Positions 1-13,120 of a stretch of 64,000 nucleotides of DNA are shown piece after piece. The notes under the pieces were generated by a model. The model was not told the DNA's origin, did no database searches, and saw only the letters and a program-made list of their open reading frames with translations. Numbering within the stretch: position 1 is the stretch's first letter; the number at the start of each line of letters is the position of its first letter. The DNA lies in the NCBI GenBank assembly GCA_951406725.2, contig OX597815.1, forward strand, positions 137,950,001 to 138,014,000. The letters run 5' to 3'. A program made the translations under genes and the position numbers. This DNA comes from Octopus vulgaris. Lineage: Eukaryota.

Positions 1-1225
1 TGCTAAAGCATGGCCATACCCAAGCTGGTCATCCAAACACAACATATGTAGAGCATCTCACCAGTGACACTGGATGCCTCCCTGAAGACGTCCCTCAACT
101 AATGCAGGATTGAGATGGATGGTGTGTGTTAAAAATGTTCAAGCAAGCTCAACCAAATGATAATAGATTGCATGTGAACAACTATCTAGTACAGAATTGT
201 AAAGATGTGTGTAACTTAAATATCCATTATATTTTATCATATGTAATTCTACACTAATGGTACAAGACCACTGCATAGCATTAAGGTTTAAAAATATACC
301 TGTATAGGCCCAATTGAATATAGATATACACTATCAGTTATCAACTGTTGTGCTAGTTTTTGTGGATCAGCTTCATTTGAAGAAACATCATAACGTACAA
401 AACACAGAGGACCAGGTCATCACTTGCAAGAAATGTAAGAGCCAGACTTGCTTGGCAATTGGAATCCAGATGTGATGTAAAAGACACTGGAATTAGTAAC
501 CTAATAGAATTTAAAAATCAACTTTGAGTAGAACTTTACTTGTCCTAATTGTGAGAGGCAATAGTTAGGTGATAAGAAGATTTGAATGAATGAGAAACTC
601 TTAGATCAGTTCCTATATATCAACGACACAGGTTACTTTAGCAGTTAAGGAATTCTTTTTTTATGGTTTAATCAAAAAGAAGGAACCAGTACCCAGGAAT
701 TTTGCAGGTTTTTGGAGACCATTGTAGCTGATGTTCAGATAATGACTGCAGGAAAAACATACGTAGGGAAGAATGGACACAGTGCCTAGTACAGCACCCA
801 TGATACAGTATGGAAGAAAAAAGTAGGCTAGCCAAGTGTGTTGTGTGGGCTTAGGTAGAGATGATATCCAAACAAGGTATCTTTCAGAAATAGGCCACAA
901 GACAGACTGAAGAGATAGTGCAATAATGAGCTAGAAGTTAGCGTGCAGGTAAATTACTTTTTCCCATTGGTACATCTGTATCCCACAGATGTACCACTTT
1001 ATGGAACAATTTAAATATGTTAAGCCTTTTCTTCTAGCTATTGATGTAAACAGTTCTGCAATTTTTACAGAAAATTCATATATCAAAGATTATAAAGTTG
1101 AGGATATATTATGCTATAGTTGAAAATATTTTATAGTATCATTGATCTTAGTTTCAAACCTATCAGTGTTAACTTAAGTCTCTAATTCCAAGATTGGTAG
1201 AAGTTTAGTAGTAATATACTGAATT

Positions 1226-1613
1226 CAGTTCTATATTTAAGAGATGAGGAATTATGTACACTATTTACATTTGACAGATATTTGTCCTCATCTCATTTGT
1301 TGTTAACATGTTTCGGCTGATACACCCTCCAGCCTTCATCAGGTGTCTTGGGGAAATTTCGAACCTGGGTTCTCATTCCTAAGGTATTTTTTGATGTTAT
1401 TGTTATTATCATTATTCAGGTCACTACCTGGAATTGAACTCAGAATCTTGGGGTTAGTAGCCTATGCTCTTAACCATATACCCACAGGCATATGGTATAG
1501 TGGTTAAGAGCGCGGGCTACTAACCCCAAGATTTCGAGTTTGATTCCAGGCAATGACCTAAATAATAATAACATCAAAAATTACCTTAGGAATGAGAAAC
1601 CAGGTTCGAAATT
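1226..1613 (-). mobile_element. tRNA-headed SINE-like element with Penelope-like hammerhead tail, plus a partial inverted copy
   Basis: Inverted arms 1355-1482 and 1487-1613. The head has A-box-like TGGTATAGTGG and B-box-like GAGTTTGATTCC. The tail has CTGATGA-stem-GAAAC and a 10-bp hairpin (1241-1250/1285-1294). Confidence 0.75.
1303..1349 (-). ncRNA. Minimal type I hammerhead ribozyme core (probably degenerate in this copy)
   Basis: Minus strand AGACAC-CUGAUGA(1342-1336)-A-GGCUG-GAGGGUGUAU-CAGCC-GAAA(1314-1311)-CAUGUU. Core boxes and stem II are intact; stem I/NUH register is imperfect. Confidence 0.6.
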
Positions 1614-1884
1614 AAACAAAAGTAAATGAATAAATAAACTAATCAATACTAATTTAAACAAATTTAAAGAATAATCTTAAATAGAAAATGAATGTCCTTT
1701 TTTGACGGTTACATCTGATTTAATGAATACATGATCACTAAGAAACATAAACACATAATGTCAGTTTGTATAATTATATCCACGAACTTTAATTAATGAA
1801 GACATTTCAAAAGTTTGTTACTTCTATTTCCTTATGACATTTAATATTGTAAGAAATTTTAATATCTAAAGATATTAAGTGGTG

Positions 1885-2165
1885 CATGTGTGGCTGAATG
1901 TCGAAGAAGTTTGTTTCTTAATCATATGGTTCTGGGTTCAATCCCTTCGTGTAGCACCTTCAGCAAATATTTTCTATTACAGTTCCAGGTCAGACAAATC
2001 CTTGTGTGGGATTTAGTAGATGGAAACTGAAAGAAGCTCACTGTGTGTGTGTGAGAGAGAGAGTGATTTCCAATCTTCCATGAAACATGTCTGGCCATGA
2101 GGAAATATTACTTATACTTGGAAACAGATGAGGGTTGGTGACAGGAAGGGCATCCAGTCATAGAA
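1885..2165 (+). mobile_element. tRNA-derived SINE (CORE-like body, internal (TG)n)
   Basis: GGTTCAATCCC B-box, then CACCTT..CAAATATTTTCTATTACAG and GGAAACTGAAAGAAGC. Related copies at about 52365-52750 (+), 58230-58590 (+) and 7850-7985 (-). Confidence 0.65.
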
Positions 2166-3379
2166 AAAAAGTATTTGTAATTTTAAGAACAAGTCACAAT
2201 TTAAAAATGTAATATTTTGATAAACAATTCTATCAATATACTACATAGTATTACATATTTGGTAGAAACTTAGTGTCCCTAAACATTGGACCTTACATCA
2301 CTTATAACTGAACCTTTTACTTTCAAGATCATATGAGCTGACAAAAAAGACTATGATGATGATCATCATCATCATCACCATGATCATAATGATGGTGTTA
2401 GTGGTAGGTTGTAAGAATAGCATTTGTGTTAGTTTACTGTAATAAACTTCAATATGTTGAGTAGTACTTATGGTTTTGTCTTCTTATAGAGATATTCAAC
2501 AATAGGAGCAGTAGTTGTAGTTGTTGTAACTACTGTTTATTTCTGAACATGTACTTGCTCATAACTCTAATGAACTTCATACAGTGTTAGTTTAGACAGC
2601 ATTGCCATATCTGTTTAGGTAAGTGTCATTCACCATAACATCAAGTTAACCCAAGTCTTGTGACCTAAATTGGTTAGACAGAACCCCATGACCAGCTTTG
2701 TATCAGTATCATACTGAACCTTCTAAAGGACTGCATTAGGGAATATAACTTTTTGTGAAATACTCAGCCTCTTACACCACTGTATAAAACAATAAGTACT
2801 TCCGTCAGTGAAATACGTCAAACAGATGATCAAGCTATGTCAACTGAAGTTGATAAAAGAGGAAATGTTAAGTAACCAACCAATCCTTTATATAATTGAA
2901 ATATTCAGAACTGCTATTGTATAAATACAAGTTACACACACACATGTGAATATGTAAACGGATATTGAATCAAAACATTTGTAGGAACCTGTCAATAACC
3001 TTTGGCAAATTAAATCTGAAACTAATATCATACAAGATTTGAAGAATTAATTCCACAAAATTTTCCTCATTTTCTTTTTGCAGTGACTGGTTTTAAACCA
3101 AGATTCAAAACTCTGTAGAGAGATAAGGTGATGTATTTACAGTTAACCATCACATGTCCAACTTGGTGGAAGCAGCATTAAATCTATTACACAAGGATAT
3201 AGTGCAACATCCATAACAACTTTTAGACATGTGATCCATAAGTTGATGCCAAATCCATTTGGACTACTTTTGCTCTTTAAAAACATTTTTTTTCTTAATT
3301 TAACTGATTAGGTGATTTTAGGATTATTAGGCCCTATATCAGTTTTCTCTTTTACAAAACCAATAGATGTCTATTTTGT

Positions 3380-4800
3380 GCAAAGTCATCACCTTCAAAT
3401 CATTTTCAAAGAACTAAAATTCAACATTTAGAAACTAAACAAGCAACTAATGAAGTGGTAAATATTTGTACTCAACATAACCTACAAACAAAATAGAATG
3501 TCTTTAAAAATGTAATTAAGAGTATTCAACAACTCTAACAACCACACTATATCAGATGTCATAATAGCTTCAGACAAAATATGTACACCATAAAGAAAAA
3601 AATTCCCTTATTAAATACTTTTCTCATATCAGTAACCACCCTACTAATAAAAAAAAAAGGCATAAGGAAAACAGAACACAAAATACACAGCTTCCACCTA
3701 CACCATGTTCCTTCACTCCCATCACATATCAAAAGCAAAAGAAAATATCAAACCTTAAACACACTTCAATACTCAATAAATACAATATTGAATTACTTCT
3801 ACTAAAGGAATCTTTGAATTATGTGAAATGAGCTAAATAATAACTCTAAAACCAAAAACTTAACTGAAATAACATAAACCATTAAAAGACTAGTTATTGA
3901 TATTTCCAACCTACACTTTCTTTCCAACTACAATTCAACTATTAAGTGCCACTCATACAAAAAAATGCAGGATGACATCAGCAACAGTGTGTAATTTTAC
4001 AGATATGGCACCAGCAGGATCTAGTCTCTCCTCTACTCTTTTTAGCTTATATCTGCATGATCTTCCTATATCCACAAAATATATGCACCCTTATAGAAAA
4101 ATGACATCTCTGTTAAACACTCCACAACCACTTCAAACACTTTAAAATCTGGTTCCAGTATAGAGACAAAAAGTAACCTACTAAATATACTGTCTATCAT
4201 CTTTCTAAAAAGATCAAAGCACATCAAATATAACAAACTATCATACTCAACAAATAAACATAAGTCATTCACACACATTTAAAATACACAAAAACAACCC
4301 CAAAATTTAAGAATTACTGACATGTTTACAACATTTACAATCCACACAGGACATATGGTAAAAAAATATAAAAAGTGATATGAAACCCACAAAGAACACA
4401 TGCAGACACTGCATTTGACTAACAAAGAAACAGCAACATCAGTGTACAAACATTATATTAGATTTGTGGATTATGACAAACCTGTCTCATCCCCCTAGCT
4501 CTCCATAACAAAACACAAACAATTATAAAGGCTAAACAATAAACTCACAAATCACAACCCTAACATAACAAAAATAATAAAAATCAAAAACCCTAGATAT
4601 GCAAAGCACATAGTTTGTGGTTACATCAAATCTAACCCACAGTCATAACTGGTACATGTTCAATCCTCTAAACATGCAAACAGATCTACCTTACTATCCC
4701 ACATTCACTATTTTTCCTCTTCAATCCAGACAAACAAAAATAGCAATAGCATCAACAGCCTCATTATCTCCAAAAACTGTGTTGGGATAACCTATAAGTG
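3380..4800 (+). mobile_element. Ancient non-LTR retrotransposon remnant (RT)
   Basis: ORF 3897-4145 contains APAGSSLSSTLFSLYLHDLP, resembling the RT motif PQGSxLSPxLFxLY. Strong A/C strand skew; clade not assignable. Confidence 0.5.
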
Positions 4801-5477
4801 TAGCAGAAAATTAGTTGTCCAACTTATTTGTTTTTGTTGTGGGTACCGCCACATCTATACATTACACTATGCAACATCTCTTTATTCTTTTAGGATAGTA
4901 GCATAAAATTTGAGGAAGATTTGGCTGATATTTCTAATACACTAAAAAAAAATAAAAACGTAACACATAATTGTTCCTTTGCTGGACTGGTCACAGCTGG
5001 AATGTCTTTGACCATAGATTTACTTCATCAAGCAACAGGCAACAATTGTTAAGACATGAAAAAAATTCATCATGCCCAGATTGCTAACCTACAACATCTA
5101 TACTACTGCATGTCAATGAGATGGAGGTATGTTATACTTGGAGTGATGAATTTATAGATTACACCTAGTTTTCCAGCTGAATACCTACATGGCACAGGTC
5201 ATCATTATGTATCTGGAATTCTGAATCTAGTTGTTCAGTTGAAGACTTGCATGTTATCATTCAAGTTGTGTTTGGAGTACTAAATCTTTACATTACACCA
5301 AAGTTGTTCAACCAAATAGCTACACAGCACAGGTCATCTAGAGCCTATGTCATTTATATATTTAATCAGAGTCATACTAACAAACATCTCAGAGTCATAC
5401 TAACAAACTAAGCACTATTCCACTTCTATGATTATAACCAATATCCACAGAGTTTTTGATAGAGAAATAATAATTAA

Positions 5478-6171
5478 CCCTTTAGCATTTAAACCAGCAA
5501 TATCAGGCCAAAATATTCTGCCTGTTTTATGTTCAAACTCACAAAATCCAGCCTTTCATACCTACCCTATTCTAAAAATAAACAATCATATCATCAAAAC
5601 CTTAAATCTGAAGATAACGCATGATTACTTCAAAATAATAATCATCATCATCATCATTTAACGTCCGTTTTCCATGCTAGCATGGGTTGGACGGTTCGAC
5701 CGGGGTCTGGTAAGCCATGGAGGCTGCACCAGGCTCCAGTCTGATTTGGCAGTGTTTCTACAGCCGGATGCCCTTCCTAACGCCAACCACTCCGTGAGTG
5801 TAGTGGGTGTCTTTTACGTGCCACCGGCACAGGAGCCAGCGCAGGCTGGCAAACGGCCACGATCGGTTGGTGCTTTTACGTGTCACCGACACGGACGCCA
5901 GTCAGGCGACGCTAGTAACTGCCATGCTCGAACGGTGCTTTTACGTGTCACCAGCACTGGTGTCTTAACTACAATTACCATTCGAATTTTTGATGTTGAC
6001 AAACTTGACTCAACAAGTCTCCTCAAGAACAGTGGGTCACTCTATGATCAAAGGTTAGCACAGCAGTCCATCCTGCGAGCCATGAACTCACTTCATTTAT
6101 CAGGTCTTCAAAGTCACAGCATGTGAACAAATAAGCATTACATTTGACAAAGTAATCTGAATGCTAAAGGG
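5478..6171. mobile_element. piggyBac-type MITE with nested RTE 3' end
   Basis: TTAA (5474-5477) CCCTTTAGCATT ... AATGCTAAAGGG TTAA (6172-6175). About 5640-6120 is a nested minus-strand RTE 3' segment. Confidence 0.8.
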
Positions 6172-8344
6172 TTAAAACCTTAACACTGTTACCACTACTA
6201 CCATAAACTTTACAGTTATTCAACCTGCCAGAAACAGTAGCCAAATTTTCCTCGAACCATATCCTACCATATTAAAAAAGAAAGGATACATTGGACAAAG
6301 TCCTAGACATACAAAAAGGAGTGGTCGTGACTGGTGATGATTATAAGTTTGCCTGACAGAGTGCTAATTAATGACATCACTTATTATCAATGTTACCATC
6401 ACTACTATCATGGCATATGTTTGAACAACATTTTTCCTATCTCACACACATAAATCCTAAATTTATTCCTGCCACTGCTACTCATTATCACCAACATTCT
6501 GCAGTTTTATACATTTTAGTGTCATCGTTGTCAATATATTCTCACATTCACATTATACAACCACCAAATTTGTTCCCTTTCAGTCACTCCATGTGATGTG
6601 TGTATATTTTCACAGTACATCATACAATGTACTTTTTTCTATTAACAGAGTATTCCTTTATTTTTAGCAATGGAAGTTTCCTGAGCTTCTTGACACTACA
6701 AAACTTAAGATATAAAATAAGCCGCCTAACCAGAGCACTAATCACATATCTTGTGTAACAATCTGTGTACACACTGCATCAAGTGAACCATCATAATTGT
6801 CCATTATCTTCATCACTGAAAGCCAACATAAAAATTAGTCTTTTGTTATACTTTTTATACAAAAAGGTATTTTTCAACTTACGGACTACTAAATATAGTA
6901 TTATCTACACTTGTACAACCAGTTTGCCCACATCACACAGATGACTGAATTTACTTCTATTTCATATCATCTCAATGATTTGCTCCTCAAGAAATATCCT
7001 TTTCTTTATAGATAAGTTGTACAAGTGTATGAAACAAGATTTCTTCATATGACGTTTTCATCCTGAAATTCCAACCTTTTAAGTTTGATAAAAATCTAAG
7101 ATTAGAACCAGCCTCTTGTGATTTAAATATTTCTAACCAGAGTATTTAGAATGAGTAGTAGCTAACAAACAGCAATATGCTAACAAGGTTTGGAGTTTGT
7201 GCAAGACAGCCACAGTAATTGCTCATGATGTTAGTTTTACATTTCATGCATATACATTAGTTTGTAAACCATATGCCCAAGATCAACACCAATTTGTTGC
7301 AAATATATAGATGCATATCTACAAAGTTTTATTAATTTAGACCAGAACCTTTCCTTCAAGCCCTATCAATTTTCAAATGTCAGGTAGTGTACAAAAAAAT
7401 ATAGCTCCATTAAAAATCATATCAATTTCAAGAATTAAAAATCAATAAAATTAGTCCAAATAATTGGAGGGGGAGGGGGTAAATTGTTTCAATTAGTGAA
7501 TGAGAAATACATGATACATCAAAGATGAAATATATTTGTTTGGCTTCAGATATAATACTAAAGTTCATAGATATTACCTTATATCAATAAAGGCCTATGC
7601 AAAGTATGGGTAAATATTAATTCAAAAGAACTGCTCTATTGTTGTTTAACAGCAATTAATATTAATTTTTTTTACATAGTTTTTTTTTTAATATTTTACC
7701 GAAAGAGGAAGCTATGCACCTATAACCATTTTTTCAGTTTCCCTCAGGCTGAATGCCTGCAATGAGGAGGGCAGTAAGAGGTTCAAGTGTTGGTATTAAA
7801 CTGGCTGACAGATTAAGTCTACTACCCAAGAACAAGAAAGGCTTCTCTGACAGGCTTCCCCACAATTTCAACTAAATTTCACTCACATGGTTTTGGCCAA
7901 CTTGTAGCTATGGTAAAAAATATTTGCTCAAAATGTAGCAGTGAGTTTGAACACAACATATAGTTGCAAACTGAAATTCTTAATGACATCTGAATTATAC
8001 TAGAAGCTTGTCTTTATGAATTTAGATAACAAAACTAAATAAGCAATGTAAAAGTTACAGTTAAGAAACTAAATTAAATTATTTATCATCATTTTACATT
8101 TGCTTTCAATGCAAGCATGGCCTGGATAGAGCATTACTTTCCAAATCAGTTCTTATTCAGAGTTGACCACAACTTGCTCATATATTATTTTAACACAGTT
8201 CCCATGACTGAATACTTTTTCTGTACAGGGTGCATTTTACTGTTGCACTAGTATGAGAAATGTGTGGGGTGGGGTGATAGGATACAGTGACTAGAAGATG
8301 ATAAATAGATAAAAGAAAGTGCAATGAATAGGCACCAATCATCA

Positions 8345-8665
8345 GGGTTTTTTCCCCATTTCCTTTGCTCTTTGTTCTTGCACACTACATCTCATGTCTC
8401 TTATATGCAGTTTTTCTCTCAACTCATTGATACTTTACCATTCATGCACACTAACATTGTACATCCATGCTTCTTTACTTTCTTGTCTTCATAAATTCTC
8501 TGCATTCCAGGCCCACAGTTTGCTATTGTACAGCATTGCACAATCTGTTTTACATTCTGAAGGAGAAGCTTTTTGATGCCAGCAGAGATAATAGTTTCCT
8601 GAATTTTCTCCAGCCCACTCTTACTCTAGCTGCTACGCTTTCAGAACACCTATTCCTAGGATGCA
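8345..8665 (-). mobile_element. RTE LINE fragment (C-terminal part of RT ORF)
   Basis: Reverse complement of the CSESVAARVRVGWRKFRKLL region found in the plus-strand copies. Confidence 0.75.
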
Positions 8666-8778
8666 AAAACTATCAATCAATTCTAAGAAGACAATCAAGG
8701 TATTTAAGAGAATCCATTTCCTAGATGTTCATCATGCTTACTGCTTCAATGTATGCACTATATATATATATATATATA

Positions 8779-10355
8779 ATGAAGAAATTAGCATAGATGA
8801 GATGCAGTTTGGATCTGTGCCAGGGAAAAGCACAACCAATGCTATCTTCCTGTTACAGCAACAGCAGGAGAAATACTTAGGCAAAAATAAACACCTGCTT
8901 CTGGCTTTTGACAGGGTCCCCCACTCCCTTATCTGGTGAGCAATGCAGAAGCCAGAGACAGATGAGTGGTTAATGAGAGCTGTACATCTTCCATGTACAG
9001 GGATGCTGTTGGTAAGGTGAGAGTCACCAATTAGTATAGCAAGGATTTTAGTGTACAAGTAGCAAGGGGTCGGTTTTTAGCCCCCTCTTGTTTATCATGA
9101 TCTTCCAAGCTATAACTGAGGAATTTGAGACTGGCTACTCCTGGGAGCTCCTTCATGCTGGTGACCTTGTTTTTATTGCTGAATCACTTACCAGAAGTAG
9201 AGAAGCTTCAGGTATTGAAGCAAGGTTAGGAATCAAAGGGCCTTAGAGTTAATGTAGCAAAGACCTAAGTATTGATAGGTAGGAAAACAGATAAATTGCA
9301 GATACCTTCAGGGAGATGGCTTTGCTCAATATGTACAAAAGGTGTCAGGGGAAATTCCATAAGGTGCACCCAGTGCAAGCTATGGACACATAGAGGTGCA
9401 GCAGTATCATTCGATGACTAACAGAGAAAGTAGTCTTTACATGTAGCAGATGTACAGGTACATTAAACACCAGGAATGTACAAAAAATAGACTCCCTCAT
9501 ATGCCAAGGGGATCCCTAAAAGTAGTAGACAGTTTCTGTTACTTAGGTGACCAAGTTAGTAGTGGGGGTGGTTGTTCTGAAAGCATAGCTGCTAGAATAA
9601 GAATAGACTGGTGAAATTCAAAGAGCTACTGCCCCTGTTAGTAATGAAGGGCCTCTCCCTCAGAGTGAAAGGCAGATTGTACGGTGCCAGTGTATGGACA
9701 GCTATGCTATATGGCAGTGAGATATGGGCTATGACTACAGAGGATATGTAAAAACTTGAAAGAAATGAAGCCAGTATGCTTCACTGAATGGGTAATGTCA
9801 GAGTGCATATATGACAAAGTGTAAGTGTTTTGAGAGAAAAGAAAATGGGTAAATGTAGCATCAGGTGGTGTGTACAAAAGAAAAGACTGTCATGATGTGG
9901 CCATGTAATGCATACGAATGAGGACAGTTGCATCAAGAGGTGCCAAACTCTAACAGTAGAGAGAACATGGGGAAGCAGTAACCCCAAAAAGATGAAGTGG
10001 TGAGAAAGGATCTACAAATGTTAGGACTCACAAAGGGGATTACAAATCAAGACTCTTGGTGGTTTGCTGTGCTTGAAAAGACACATCAAGCTAAGTAAAA
10101 GCATGGTTGCCCTTGCAACCCTCTCCAGCTGAGCATCTCTAATCTTACGGGCTTGTAGGTGCTGGTGCCATGTAAAAAGTATCCATGCCAGTGCTGCAAA
10201 AAAGCATCCAGTACACACTTTAAAGTGGTTAACATTAGAAATGGCATCCAACTGTAGAAATCATGCCAAAACAGACATGGAGCCTGAACAGCCCTTCAGC
10301 TGGTCAGCTTCTGTCAAACCATCTAGCATGGAAAACGGATATTAAATGATAATGA
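8779..10355 (+). mobile_element. 5'-truncated RTE LINE (RT pseudogene + 3' UTR)
   Basis: IDEMQFGSVPGKSTTNAIFLLQQQQEKYL..AFDRVPHSLIW, LSPLLFI, GLRVNVAKT and DSFCYLG with stops and frameshifts. Ends ...GCATGGAAAACGGATATTAAATGAT. Confidence 0.9.
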
Positions 10356-11709
10356 AATATAATGACTACAAAATATGCATCATTTTTAAAGGTATTTTAA
10401 CAGGTTTAAACCTATAAAATATTTTTCACAAAAACATTCAGCAATGAGAAAATATTCTGAAGTCCTTTATTATTGAAGTTTCAATTTCCAAATGTTCAGA
10501 AATAGACAAAATAGGTAGCACCACGAGTTACATTATAAGAGTAACTAGAAATCTGACACCAAAGAAAAAGACTATCTCCCTTTTTACCAACAACATCCAT
10601 CATAAAGACTCAATACATACACAAGCCAGAAGTAAAACACCTCTACATCATCATTCACAAAATGCAGAAAAGCATAAAAAACAAAATCATACACATACTT
10701 AGAACTCTTGCAAACAAACAATATATTAAGTTCCTTGAGAACAAATTATACTTATTCTGGTATAATTCTTGGTGACCCTATCAGTGCTGGTACTATGTAA
10801 AAACCACTCAGTCCACACAGTGGGGTGGCTTGTTTTAGGAAGGGGATCCAAATGTAAAAACCATGCCAAAACAGACACAGTAGCCTCGTGCAGTCTTCTA
10901 CCTGGCTGGCTCCTGTCAAACTGTCTAATCCATGCCAGCATGGAAGGCAGACATTAAACAATGATGATGATGACAATAATTCTGTCTTTTTTCTCCTCTT
11001 AATCAGTTAGTGAAGAGGGGGGTGCTGTGTCAATGACTGACAAGATCTCAACTAATCCTATTAATCTAAATATACTGAGTCCTTGAAATAACCCCACAGG
11101 GAGGGTACAGTACGAATACTTGGATAAGAAACAATGTATTGGAGCAGGTGCTGTAGTAGTAGATGTAAAAGAGGTAAGAGAAAAGAAACAGTGCACCTGA
11201 GATGTCTGTGGTTGTAATGAGTTTTTGCCATCAACTAAATGACTATCCCTTGGATGAAGTCTAAAGTGTGTGTATGTGTGTGTGAGAGAGAGGGAGAGAG
11301 AGAGAAAGAGTGTATGGGGAGAGATAAACAAACAGGAGTACCATCTCAAATATTCTAAGAGTACTCCAGTGTAGTTGAGATTTAAAACTTTATGTAGAGT
11401 CAGCAACTAATACTGTCTGGCTTTGAAGAAAAAGCCAAGCCTTTGTGATATTATTGAACAATGTTATTTGTGAGGTTGTCATATGAGGTCACCAACTGTT
11501 AGGCTCAACATTTTTACTAACTTTACTTTTGCATAAAGAAAGTGGCACATAAAAACACCCAGCACACTCAGTAAAGTAGTTGAAATTAGGAGAGACATCC
11601 AGCCTTAGAAACCATGCCAAAACAGACAATTGGAGTCTGGCCAGCTTCTATCAAACTGTTCAAATAATGCCATCATGAAAAACAGACATTAAACGATGAT
11701 GATGATGAG

Positions 11710-13120
11710 AGTGTATTGCAATACTGTTTTCTTGATATGTACTGGACCAGGTTAAAATTGCTTGATACAGGTTATGAAAGGCAAGGAAAGTGTCATTGCA
11801 AATTTGATTAGGAACAGGATTAGCTTGGATGAGAAACAGTTCAAATTTGTGCTAGGAAGAGGTACCACCAATATAATATTCCAAGTGAGACATCTGAAGA
11901 AACACTTAACTAAGAGTAAGCCCCTATACTTAGTGTTTGCAGACATGGAGGTCTTTGGCAGGATTTCTTGTTCTGTGATCTAGTGATTGCTAAAGAAACT
12001 AGGGGTAGATAAATGGTTTGTAAAGGCTGTCCAAGTTATGCACAAGGGTATACAGTCAGCGAAGCAACTCAGCAAAGAGTTCTGTAATTCAATTTAGTAT
12101 GCCAGTATAGGTCCATTAGAACTCGGTCCCCCCACCCCCACCAATTTATTCTAGTCATCCAAACCATAACAGAAGAGTTTAAGACTGGTTGTCTGTGGGA
12201 ACACAGTCCTCTAGCTCATAAAATAAGTGTTTAAAACCAGCTCTCTATGATGGTAACCTAGTTCTCAAGGGTAAATTAGAAGAAATTCCAGACATGGAAA
12301 CAAAACTTGAAATTGAGATGTAAATTTAGTAAAGACCAAAGTTCCAGTAAGTAGGAGAGATGAAACCTGTTACTATTAAGAAAATGACTATGCTCAATAT
12401 GTAGAAAGGGAGAAGAGAAAAATTCCATACAGTGCATCCAGTGTAGACGAAAGACACGCAAGAGATATAATGGGATCACAGGCTAAGAGAGAAGGTAAAC
12501 TTCATATGCAGTAGGTGCATAAGGCAATAAGCACCAAGAGCACATGTGAAACAGATTCTCCCAAAATGTTTGGAAGACTCCCTAGTTGTTGATTGCTTCT
12601 GTTACATAGGTAACCTAATTAGTAGTGGAAGTAAGTACAACAAAAACATAGCAGCCAGAGTAAGAATGGGTTAGAAAAATTTAGCAAACTATTACTTCTA
12701 GTAGCAACATAGGGCTTCTCCTTCAAAGTGATAGGCAAACTGTATGATGCTTGTGTACAAAGTGTGATACTGCATAGTAGTAGGTCTTGACTCTAGAGGA
12801 CTTGTCAACACTAGAAAGAAAAAAAGCAAGCATTTTCTCCTGGATGTATAATGTCAGTGTGCAACAACAACAGAATACAAATGAGCTGAGAGTAAAACTG
12901 GATATTAGAGGAATTAAATGTAGTGTGCAAAAGAAAAGAGTGTGTTGATACAGACATGGGATATATATGGGGGATGGGAGTTGTATCTAGAAATTCTGAG
13001 TGGAAGATAGAGACTGAGAAATTCTTGGGATGAAGAGTAATTTCAGCATGTTGCAGATCTTGAAAGTGATGACAAAAAAACCAAGATAATTGGTAACATA
13101 CAGTTCTGGAAAGGATCCAA
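11710..13120 (+). mobile_element. Degenerate RTE LINE fragment
   Basis: LDEKQFKFVLGRGTTNIIFQVRHL...PLYLVFADME. Preceded by isolated (GAT)n-tailed 3' ends at about 10760-10975 and 11540-11708. Confidence 0.8.

Noticed and set aside
1487-1555. Genuine tRNA gene (also considered for 25935-26006 and 56975-57045)
   Set aside because: No complete acceptor stem; each runs straight into a repeat body or tail, some with TSDs, so these are SINE heads.
5368-5408. 19-bp direct repeat CAGAGTCATACTAACAAAC (also a 20-bp tandem at 56208-56247)
   Set aside because: Simple local duplications with no further structure.
5674-6126. 150-aa ORF and similar MLAW... ORFs (10726, 26237, 60475, 63668)
   Set aside because: Chance frames through the non-coding RTE 3' end; the frame is not conserved between copies.
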